From Utricularia gibba (lineage: Eukaryota; Plantae; Magnoliophyta): a stretch of 64,000 nt of DNA. The notes under the pieces were generated by a model that made no database searches, was not told the DNA's origin, and saw nothing but the letters and a program-made list of their open reading frames with translations. The stretch spans positions 2,108,001 through 2,172,000 of the forward strand of contig NEEC01000015.1 of the NCBI GenBank assembly GCA_002189035.1. The letters run 5' to 3'. The position numbers were made by a program, and so were the translations under genes. Below, piece after piece: positions 24,885 to 36,379 of this stretch; position 1 is the first letter of the stretch, and each line of letters starts with the position of its first letter.

Positions 24885-26374
24885 TTAAAAACCCTCATTT
24901 ATTTGGATTACTGTGTGACTACTTGTGTTGATCGCCGTCCATTGCTCTGCGATACACTTGGCGACTTTTAGAGCGTCGGATGAGGCCCCCGAGAGCCCCC
25001 TTCTCGTGAACCCCACCGCATACAATCCGTTCTCCCCCTTCCAACCATCAGGGAAGGGCAATTTCGGCATACCATCCTCCTTGAACAAATCACTCGCCTG
25101 AGACGCCAACGCCACATATATACATAAATATTTTTTTATTTTCGTATATAATAATAACTAAAAAATGGAGAAAATTGGGCACCTTCAGCCAACTGGGAAC
25201 GTTGCTCCTGTAACCAGTTGCCATGATTATGCACTCATAATCCCGTTCATGGCCATCAACGAACTTGGCGCCCGTGGCGGTTATCTCCTTAACCCCTGGT
25301 ACAACCTGCATTAATTCCCAATTTTTAAATGATATTATAATAATTCTGGAAATGGAAAAAAGAATAATGATAAATATCTATATACTTGAATTTTTCCAGC
25401 TTTGATTTGGTGGAGGGCGCCAACTTCGAGGACTGGCGTTTTTCCGGTGGCGTTCTTCAGTTCTAGGGGGCCGGTTTTGGGGCGGCGGAGGCCGTAATTC
25501 TCCGTTTTCCCTAAAATGAGATCTGCCGCCACGAGGAGAACCCTGTCGACAAGCTTTACAGGGAGGAGTTTAAGCAGCGCCATGGCCATTGAGAACGTGG
25601 AGATTCCGAGTATTTCCCTGGGCAGAACATGGACCTGAACACACACAGAAAGAGCAGCAACTTTTTGAATAACAGACACGAGGAAAAGCTTGTTGGGTTG
25701 CAGAGAAAGCAGCAAAAAATGGAGTCTTTTTTTGTTTGCTATCTCTTTCTACTCACGGAATTTCTCACGACCAAGTGAGGGTTGGCATTGTGCAAGCAGA
25801 GGTCGAAGCTAACTTCCATTCCCGAGTTCCCACACCCGATGACCAGAACCCGTTTGTCTCGAAACTCCGACCCGGATTTGTACATACAAGTGTGAAACAG
25901 GGGCCCCTGGAACTTGTCGATCCCCTGGATCTCCGGCATCGCCGGCACAGCATTTTCGCCGGTGGCCACCACCAACCACCGCGTCAGGTACCGCCTGTGT
26001 TCCGCAGTGTCCACAACCCACAACCCAGTTCCTTGATCAAACCACGCGGCGACCACCGTCTGATTAAACTCCGGCGAAATGGCAAACTTCTCGGCGTAGG
26101 ACTTCAAGTAAGAAACGAACTGATCCTTGGTTGGGTACTTGGGGAAAGATTCGGGGAAGCCCATAAAGGGGAGCTCGCAAAACTCTTTAGGAAGATGAAG
26201 AGACATTCGATCGTAGCACCATTTCTGCCACAGTGAAGCGATGCAATCACATCGTTCCAGAATCACAGAAGGCACCCCTGTTTGTTTTAAGCAGGCGGCG
26301 ACGGCGATCCCCGATGGCCCGGCGCCGACGATGATGGGACCGTGAATGTATTTCATTGTTTCGAAAGATTGCAT
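24885..26374 (-). CDS. YUC: YUCCA flavin monooxygenase (indole-3-pyruvate to IAA), YUC1/YUC4 clade likely; exons 26374-25757, 25634-25386, 25305-25183, 25097-24885 (400 aa)
   Basis: FAD motif GAGPSG, NADPH motif [37 protein letters not shown]; exon lengths 618/249/123/213, all phase 0 with GT-AG. Confidence 0.95.
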
Positions 26375-27363
26375 TTTGAGGAGAGGAGGCAAAAAAAAAA
26401 GAGACTGAGATTTTCGGTGGAAGGTTAAAACACCTGCATTTAATGGAGGAGGCGTGAAGAATCAGGGAAAGGATACGATGAAATTGCCGGTATGCGTGAG
26501 AGTTGATTTCTTTTTTCTTCTCTCTTTTTCTCGAAGAAGAAGAAGAAGCAGAACAAGGAGGAGTTGTAGAAGGAGGAAGATGAATTAAAGAGGGGTATTT
26601 ATTTCAATGCAGCTCCGATTCCTTCTTCGTGTGTGGACTCTCTCTCAGACCATAGCACTGGCGCCAAAAAATTACATCGGAGAAGAAAAACTTATTCACT
26701 TTCATCACTCGCATCTGTGTCCGGTCCCTATCACGCGCCCCCCTTTTCTTTTTTTTTTTCCTCCTTTTTTTATTTAATACACATATTACGCAAATTTGTA
26801 GCCACACTGTCGTGTATTTTCTTTCATTAATGAAATGCGTACGACGCATGGAATCAAAATGCTTCTCCTTTCTATTTTTGTATTTTCTGGAGTATATTTC
26901 TATTTAAAAAAGAATAATTAATACCTTCCAAAGATTGTCATCTAAACATAACTTGCACAACCCCCCTTCAATTCCAAATGTCTAATGCAAAAGAAGCAAT
27001 GCAATAATTTTCCCCTGCTCCCCACCAATTTTGGAAACCCAAAAGTACACATGCCTTTTAAAATCATGACGTAAATATCTTCAATTATCCAAAAAAACTC
27101 CACGTGTCCAATTTAATCCCTATGTAATCCTACCGCATCTATTTATAATATACGATTATCACTCTTATCTTCAATAAATTATAATTCTACTAAACGTATT
27201 TTTAAGAAGTTGAATCAAAAAGCATTTTTCGAGATATCTCAAGTTCGAAGAGCAAAATCTAAGCACTATCATTCTTTCTCACACACTAAGTCAAAAATTT
27301 TTAATTAAGAATAATTAAATTTATCACATGCTTTATAAAGTATTAGAGATGTTATATAGAACA

Positions 27364-27405
27364 AACGAACATAAACACCTATATTTGATCTTGTTTATGT
27401 TCGTT
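27364..27405. repeat. Perfect 14-bp inverted repeat with 14-nt spacer in an AT-rich block, possible MITE remnant
   Basis: AACGAACATAAACA (27364-27377) and TGTTTATGTTCGTT (27392-27405); related TTTGTTCGTTC recurs near 27508-27518. Confidence 0.6.
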
Positions 27406-29463
27406 CAATAAATTAATCGAATATATATGTTGTTTGTGTTTGTTTGTTTATACTATTCAAATGAAAATAAATGATATTAATCTAGTCGAATACAATTTGA
27501 ATACGATTTGTTCGTTCATTATAACATAACTATAAAGTATGGTTATTTTTGTAATAGACTCTATCTATTAACGGATGATATTGAAATTGGGGAAAAAGGG
27601 GAGAGAGGGATGGTGTACAAGTTGGGGGGGAGAGGCATGCAAGAAGAGAGATCCCCATCAATTTCAGGGTGCCAAGTGTGTTTGGCTTCACTGTCGTAAG
27701 AAGAAATTCACCGCGATCTTGGGCTTACTTTTACGGTTGAAGTTCCAAATCATAGAATCATGGGAAGTGGGCATGCACCCAGCTGACGGGTCTTTTCACT
27801 CCACCCTTTTAACTCCAATATGTCCATCCACGTCACCCTTTTAACAATGCTTCAACACTAGGGGGGTTTTTGGCTCAAGATTTATAATTCATTATGACGT
27901 CACAGTGAGACGACATCCGGGAATTTAACCCCCCGGGTAAAAAAATAAAATGTCATATCAGGAGTGAGGGCAAGAATCAAGGTAAAGATTGTGGGGGTAA
28001 GATGTTTGTCCTATTTGCCCAAACGACAACGTGTTTTAATTAAGAAGCCGTGTTGATTTTTAATTTCATAGAAATTAGAGATAAATGGAATCGGATGGCA
28101 TCACTTCGCGATTATTTTCTCTTCTTTTGATGCCGTTTTTTAATAAAATGGCAATTGCTTGGGTGCATTGTTTTAAATTAATTAATTAAAAAATCCGAAA
28201 ATAAATGTACTTGGAGGGTGGGCCGGGGAGGGCGTCCAAGAAAATCTAGCGCAGAATCGTGGCTAAGAGAACGAAGTGAACCGGTCTTCTGGGGATGGAC
28301 CGTGGGTACGGTTAGTTGGCGGTTGATGATTCGGACCGTCCCAAGATTTGGAGAATCGAAATTGAACCGGTTAAAAAAAGGCTTGCGTGATGATGAAAAG
28401 AAAAAGGGGGGCAAGTACACGTCGGGGATGTACGGAGTTTTGCAGTGGGAGTGAAGTGAAAATAATAAGGACAGACAGGGGCGTGCGTAATTTTGATGTC
28501 ACGTGATGTCAGCACCGGCGCCATCGCCGTGGCTGGCTTGGCTTTGGTTTTTTTCCGATTATGGATAGTTTTCCGATGACGTGTGGAGGTGGGAGCCTAG
28601 GTAGACGGCTCTGAGGGGAGGGGGGGGGGGCCTCCGCCGGCGACGGACGTCATGCTGACGCCGATGCCTGACACCGCCCAGGTGTTGACTCGCCGGTAGC
28701 CCAAGCGGCAGCGCTTTCACCTTCAATGCTCTGCGCCTCAGTCCGATCAGAATTCAATTCACTTTCACTTCACTCTCCTCAGTGAAAAAGCCTCATTTTT
28801 TTACTTTCGAACTTCTGGGATTTCTGGTGATATCAAAATTCATGGCGTCGTACAAAAATGTCCCACTTGTGTGCTTCCTTTCGAATCATTAGCTTTCTCT
28901 GTGAATCACACACACGAGACTACTTACTGTCCACACCAAATCATGAGTAGCCAGGCGATGCGATGCGATGCCCCACGTTGCTCAGGAATAAAATCTGCCT
29001 CCACCTCCCACAAAATCTTTCCTTCCCCTTTGCCCTCATCCTCCTCCTCCATCGGCACCGCCTCGCGCTGTGCCACCCTGACCCAACAACATGGGGATTC
29101 AGGATTTCTCCATTGAATCTCCTCCTGCTCCGGCGACCCCACACCTCATTGTAGCCTGCAAAAGGATGCATTGGTGGCGATGGTATTTGCATCCACCATC
29201 CTGTTTTCTGGAAGACATGTCATGTCTCTGAATAGTAACCAACATAATGCTTTTGTTGATGCTTTTTTGCTGCGGGGTCCAGACCCCATCATCAGGGTTT
29301 CTCCACTGCTGCTGCACAGTGCAGATAGTGTGTGGTTGTTATTGGGCCGATGCGGAGCAGAAGGCCGGAGGGTGGATTTCAATATGGGCCCAGGCCCACA
29401 GAAATGCAATACTGTTTTAATAACAAGTTATGATAGGCTGTGCGCCCAGCCCTACACGGGTCA

Positions 29464-32400
29464 ATGAGTCGACGTCCTTCCTCCGTCCGTTCACTTGCTG
29501 CCGCCGCCGAGCCAACAGTCGCTTCGATGTCGCACAGTCCCTATGTAAATCTGTTGCGAGTTTCTTTCAATTTGACGTCCTTTAAGAATTTGGCATCTTT
29601 TTGACATTCAGTTTGACGCAGTTCAGAGGGGTGAGGGTGCGGGGCCGGGGGAGATACTACTCCGATCAATCCTCGGGTTCCATAGGGAGAGACTGCTCGG
29701 AATCTGTGTCTGGTGATTCGCATTTCAGCGCAATTAGAGATGCCAACCGTGGTTATCGGCCTGGTTTTCGCGCAGTTCCTCGGCCTTGTCCAAGCGCTTC
29801 GGGGCAGCAGTTCGGAAATTCTCGTGGGCCAAGGCAGTGGTTGAACGCTCCTTTTAACAATCATCCGCAGTTTCGACCGCAGCAAATGCAGCAGCCTCCA
29901 AGGAGAAGGTCCGTCAAGCCCCCGGACTATCGAGAGTGGGATTTTGCGAATCCTGGCCCCCCAGACGATTGCGGTAGTTTTTGTGCTCTTCTATTTTCAT
30001 ATGTCCTATTCCCTGGGGGAATTCCTCTAGTGGGGAGTTACGTCGCTGGAATTGTGGTGATGAGAATTATGGTCTTTTCCGTGACTTCGCTAAATCTTCT
30101 TGCTCAGTTCTTCAGTTTTCCTTCTCTTGAATACAGTTGAAAATTTGTTTTATCAGTCATTTGCATCCGTGCAATATCCGCATTCCACTCTAAACCTCAA
30201 TTATAAATCTGTTCCAGAAAGAGCGGCAAAAGACTCTAATTTAAAGACATCCGAAAACCTGTCTCTTTGTTTAAAAAAAATTGGTTTTTTGTGTACTGGG
30301 TTCGTAGTTGTTCTGTGTAAAACTCTTTCATCTGTGTTAATGTTTCGTTTTTGCTGCTTCTTTGCAGAGAGATTCACGGTTCTGTCATATAACATCCTCG
30401 CTGACTACTTGGCCACTGATCACTTCCACAATCTTTACTCGCATATTCCTAAGAATATCATGAACTGGACTTGGCGCAAGAGAAATATAATGTTTGAGAT
30501 TGGATTGTGGTCGGCAGACATTTTATGTTTTCAGGTCTTCATCATTATGCTTAACGAATCGCAATAATAGTCGTAGTAGGAGAGAGTGAGAAGAAGGTTT
30601 ATTGTTTTTAAGCGTTAATAGTTGAAATGATGAATCCGTGTCTGTTCCCTTCATGTCCGATAATTTGGTGGGTACTTGATACTAAAACCATGTCTCTCTC
30701 TATGCTGAAGTGGTACAGAAAAGGACTAAATTGTTCTTTACCCATTTTTAGTAATAGCTATATGTATGTGACAGATTACTGTTTCTCTTCTTGTTTTTTT
30801 CATTTGAAAAAAAGCAGGAGGTTGACAGATTTCAAGATATATTGGATGAACTAACTGCCCATGGATATACTGGTATTTGGAAGGTTGATTCTGAATCTTC
30901 ACCTCTTTATTGTTCGCAGTGATTCTTGTTCATAACTTTTGGTGCTGCCAACTGTGCTCGGATTAATTCGTTTTGGATTAATTTATAGATGAGAACCGGT
31001 GATGCTGTCGATGGATGTGCTATGTTTTGGCGTTTTTCAAGGTGTGACTCTGGTCTGCCACTAATTTGGAATTTGTCACATGTAGTGTTATATCCACAGA
31101 AACACATTGCGATACATCGGGGTTGTTTTATTTTGTTTTACCAGATTCAAACTGGTTCACGAAGAATCTATTGAATACTGTAAACTTGGTCTTCGAGATA
31201 ATGTCGCTCAGATATGTGTGCTTCAGGTACATCAATTTTGAGATTAATCTGAATAGCCTCCAAGCAAGAATGATGGCTTTGATGTAGTTGTTTCACCATG
31301 TTGCTTAGTATTTCTTGATTCATTTCTGTTTAATGGTTTGATAGTCCCTGAATGATAAAGGCACCGGAAATTGCACGTCATCACCTTTCACAAGGCAAGA
31401 AATTTTCTTCACTTTGAATTGGGTTACATGATGTATGGGAATCTTGATCCATTGAGATAAAATCACAGCATATTAAATTTTGATGGCAGCTCAGAAAGCT
31501 CAAATAGAGTGGTTGTTTGCAACATTCACGTGCTTTTCAATCCCAAGAGAGGTGATATTAAGCTTGGACAGGTTCCACAATTATCTGAACGTGGTTTATT
31601 ATATATATCTATTCGGAGTCTGTGACGAGTTATACCAGAAAGTTATTTGTTATAAAACTGTTCTTCAGATAAGGGTTCTTCTTGCAAAGGCGCATGCTGT
31701 TTCAAGGCTTTGGGATGATGCTCCTATAGTCATCTGTGGAGACTTTAACAGCACACCGATGGTCTGTTTTCTGCTTCTAATGCTTGTCAATATAGGTTTT
31801 TTTTTTTTTTTTTTTTGGCTTCCTCACTTCTGGTGTGTGGACATAACTTAATTCTTTGCTTATTATCAGAGTTCAATCTACAACTTCATCACTAACCAGA
31901 AGGTGGGTGGATTTACTTGCAATGCTGTTACCCTGTCACACAACTTTATTTATTCTGAATCATTCTGCGAAATTTTGAATGCAGCTAGATCTGTCTGATG
32001 TAGCAAGAGATGAAGTATCTGGACAAGTCACTGGTGAAAAGCAGCGTTCCTCAAGGCCACCTTATCCTAATCCAGTGTATATTTATTTCTAGTTCAACGT
32101 ATTATCTGCAAATGCTTTGTGCTAGTTCAGTGCAATTGAAAGTTCTTTTTTTTCACATTTTAGTGCACAAAATGCTGTAAATATATGTCGAGCTTCTGTG
32201 AACAATTTTGAGAAAGAAGAAGGGGCTGGATGTGGAACCTCTACAAGTATTTCTTCTTTGCCCTCGGAAGTGACTTTGTCAGGCCATGATGCAAATGAGA
32301 ACCTTGATAGGCTGTCTTGTGATTCCATTCCAAATGAATCTGTTAGTGTTGATTTCTCAATGGCTGAGAAGTCGTCCCTCGACAATGAAATAGTTGATTA

Positions 32401-33691
32401 TGGAATAAATGGGCTCCAAGATAGGAGTGGCTCTTCTGCTTTCATCTTAAATGATGCCGGTCAGGATCCTTTTCCTCCTGATTTAGTTTCCAGTTCTCTC
32501 AATCAAGGATGGAACTCCAATGATGTTGAAATTATCACTGAAAACCGTGTCGCGGAAAGTGTCATGGTCGTTGGTCCCTCTAGGTGTGCAAAATGGACTC
32601 CAGTAGAATTAGAAGCTGCAACCGGTAATGCAGACTGCAAATTTGTGGAACACCCTTTGAAGCTGACCAGTGCATATTCAAGAGTTGAGGTACAGACTTA
32701 TACCACTGCAGGGAAATTTGTTCACTAATCGAGCAAAAATTTGTATTGACATTATGATCTACAGGACTCTTTAGGGATTAGGGATTCCTGTGGTGAGCCG
32801 CTTGTGACAAGCTACCACAAACGTTTTTGTGGGACAGTGGATTACATATGGTGAGTTCTATGGTTTCTTCTCTGATATAAGTACATCTGCCATACAAATA
32901 CCATTTCAAGAGCTTCCAGCATCTCAATAGTTTTTCTTCCCTCTTCTGCATTGAATTAAATCCCAATGCATGCGCCTCTTTAGAAGAGAGCACCCTCTTT
33001 CAATTCCCCTAGGGCATAAACCTTTTGAAGTTTTTGCTCATTTAGCCTTGCGTTGAATAAGATTATCATTTTGGTCCAATGTCCATCAACTTTGAAGTGA
33101 ACATGCCCACCATCGCAAATAGAATTCATAGGATGAATGCTTCTTGCTTATGATAGTAGGTCAGAATGCGCATGTTTGCAAGAGCAATGTTTTCATGAAC
33201 TGGATGAAATATGGAAAAATAATCAGATAATAAGTCGGTCCACAAGTTCTAGTGATTCATGTTAAAAACATCAGATGATTGCCCGCGATGCATGAATTGA
33301 TGTTTGATGATACATGATAAAGTGTAGTTGTTTCCTGTGGTTTCTGTATATGTTCTTTTGAACTACTTAACCGGTGGATCGATACAGAAGTGTGTCATGC
33401 ATATAAACTTGTGCCTCCGCTTCATGCCGTGTTTTGATGCAGGATATGTGATGACCTACAGCCAACCAAGGTTCTTGCTCCGATTCCCAAGCACGTGATG
33501 CTTCAGACACGGGGTTTCCCCACAAGGGTATATAAAATCCACCTGCTATATTGCCTCTTTGCATCATTCGATCTGGTTTGCCTTTCTTGATGATTATTAC
33601 GCTTTTGCAGAAATGGGGGAGTGACCACATTGCGTTGGTAGCAGAATTAGCTTTCACCAGAGATGCATCTCCTGGGAATTCCCCTAGATGA
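29464..33691 (+). CDS. CCR4: CCR4-like EEP-family deadenylase/nuclease (CCR4 homolog 6 type), 15 coding exons, one GC-AG intron
   Basis: ERFTVLSYNILADY, CFQEVDRFQD, RTGDAVDGCAMFW, VVVCNIHVLFNPKRGDIKLGQ, ICGDFNSTP, GTVDYIW and KWGSDHIALV; RG-rich N-terminus; stop TGA 33689-33691; all junctions in frame. Confidence 0.92.
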
Positions 33692-34853
33692 AAACTCCCA
33701 CCACTGGAATTCTGTTTGTATATTGACAACCAGGCTGGATGGATTTCGTGGAGAGGGAGAGAGAGGGAATAATGGTATGCCGGCCCCATCTGGTCACATG
33801 GTACAGAGAATAGCAAGTGAAGCAAGCCATGTGATTTCTGAGTCGGCAACAAAGCAGGTGCTGTTTCCCCATCATTCCCCTCAACTGGTTCCATGTGACT
33901 CCATCTCTTTGTAACAGTGTGTGTGTTGTTCACTGTGTCTGATTATTGTTTATTGTCTGATTCCTACATCATTTCAAGTTAGTTAACTATTAAGGAAAAA
34001 AAAATTAAAAAAAAAATCCCCACGCGTGCCTGTTGTGTGTGTGCCCTGGACCAGTTCACGGGTTCGACTAGTTTTTTTATCAAGATTCCTCTTTGGTGGG
34101 CCGAGTTCAAAAAGGGCTGATTTCGCTCTAAAGTTCGTCAGTGAAGAGACGTGAGCTGGCGCGCACAAGATCCTCGTACATATATATGTTGTGCGTGCGC
34201 GTGTGTGTATGTATCATCATGGAGCCACACAAAGCAAACTGTTCACTTTCTTCTCCAAGAGTCTGGTAAGCAAAGCTTCCGTCTGCCATGGAATCTACTT
34301 GGTTTTGCATTGGATTCTTGTGATGAACATCGCTTTTCCTGTGTTTTTGTATTTAGTTTCGTAGGAAGAGGAAGAGCTGCTTCTTTGGTTGAAACAAAGC
34401 CTTCTCTGGGTATGTATCTGGACCACCTCATTAGATCAATACAAATGTGAGCATTCTGTGGAACAATCCATTGCACGAGGCAAGATCAGAGGTGCTTTTT
34501 AGAACTTGACCAGCCCCCACATAGAGAATCTTTTGTTGGTTTTAAATCACCACCTAATCGTCTTCTTTAGTTACCTGAAGTCAGATGGATTAAATGTAAC
34601 AGTTGAAAGAGTAGTGAGAATAGGGGGGGAAGTGGGGGGGCTTTCTATTTGAATCTACAACCAACTAGAATCAGATGCTAAGGATGTGATACAAAATCTG
34701 AAATCTGCATGCAAAAATGTTCCTTAATATATATATGGCCCCTCGTAGCCATGTTTTGCATCTCAACAATTAAGTTTTTCATCGTCCATTTCGTCTCCCA
34801 GATGATGAGGCATTGTTTTCTCTCCAAATGTTGACAGATTCTACTTCAAAGAA

Positions 34854-36379
34854 ATGAGAGAAACAAAAACCAAGGCGCCCCATTCTTCCCTCAAAATCTC
34901 CCAGATTTCAAGCAATCTGTGAAACTGAAGTATGTGAAGCTCGGTTATCATTACCTGATGACCCATGCGATGTATCTCTTTCTCTGTCCTTTGCTGGTTC
35001 TGCTTGCGGCTCACCTCTCCACCTTTTCCCTTCAAGACCTTCGTCTACTTTGGGACCATCTCCGCTTCAATCTCCTCTCCATGATCATTTGTGTTGCTCT
35101 AACCATATTCTTGTCAACTCTTTACTTCCTCACGAGGCCTCTGCCTGTGTACCTCGTGAACTTTTCATGCTACAAGCCAGATGATAACAGAAAATGCACT
35201 AGGCAGGTTTTTATGGAGAGATCAAGGCTCGCAGGAACATTTACCGATGAAAACCTTGATTTCCAAAGGAAGATACTTGAAAGGTCTGGTCTTGGTGAGT
35301 TCACTTATCTCCCTGATGCGGTTCTTCGAGTGCCTCCGAACCCATGTATGGAAGAAGCAAGAAAAGAAGCTGAGATGGTTATGTTTGGAGCAATAGACGA
35401 GCTTCTTGCTAAAACCTCTCTCAAGCCAAAGGATATTGGGATACTGATTGTGAACTGCAGTCTGTTCAATCCCACACCATCTTTATCTGCCATGATCATC
35501 AACCGCTACAAGCTCAGAGGAAATATAAACAGTTACAATCTTGGTGGGATGGGTTGCAGTGCTGGCTTAATATCGATCGATCTTGCTAAAGATCTTCTTC
35601 AGGTCCATCCTAACACATATGCTCTGGTAATCAGCATGGAGAACATCACACTGAATTGGTATTTTGGGAATGAAAGATCCATGCTTGTTTCCAACTGTCT
35701 CTTCCGAATGGGAGGTGCTGCAATTCTGCTTTCAAACAAAAGATCCGACTACAGGAGGTCCAAGTACCGTTTAGTTCATACGGTTAGAACTCACAGAGGT
35801 GCTGATGATAAATGTTTCTCTTGTGTCACGCAGACGGAAGATTCAACAGGAAAGGTTGGAGTATCTTTGTCCAAAGATCTAATGGCTGTTGCTGGTGATG
35901 CCTTGAAGACAAACATCACAACCTTAGGCCCTCTAGTGCTGCCCATGTCTGAACAGTTGCTTTTCTTTGCAACTTTGGTAGGGAAGAAGCTTCTCAAGAT
36001 GAAGCTGAAGCCTTACATCCCTGACTTCACCATGGCATTCGAACACTTCTGCATTCATGCAGGTGGAAGAGCCGTGCTGGACGAGTTGGAAAAAAATCTT
36101 AGGCTATCGGATTGGCACATGGAGCCTTCAAGGATGACACTATATCGATTCGGAAACACATCTAGCAGCTCACTCTGGTACGAGCTAGCATATACTGAAG
36201 CCAAAGGGAGGATGAAGAAAGGCGACATGACCTGGCAGATAGCATTTGGATCTGGTTTCAAATGCAACAGCGCTGTATGGAAAGCTCTCAGGAGCATAAA
36301 TCCAGCCGAGGAGAAAAGCCCATGGATCGACGAGATTCACCGATTTCCCATCAAGATTCCCAAGGTCTCATTGATATAA
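34854..36379 (+). CDS. KCS11-like: 3-ketoacyl-CoA synthase (very-long-chain fatty acid elongase condensing enzyme), KCS11-like, intronless CDS; one-base frameshift within about 30 nt of the ATG as assembled
   Basis: [20 protein letters not shown]; catalytic [16 protein letters not shown] and GNTSSSS; [13 protein letters not shown]. The only nearby ATG (34854) is out of frame with the body. Confidence 0.9.

Noticed and set aside
34040-34075. GGTTCGAC resembling a tRNA T-loop
   Set aside because: No cloverleaf, A box or acceptor stem around it
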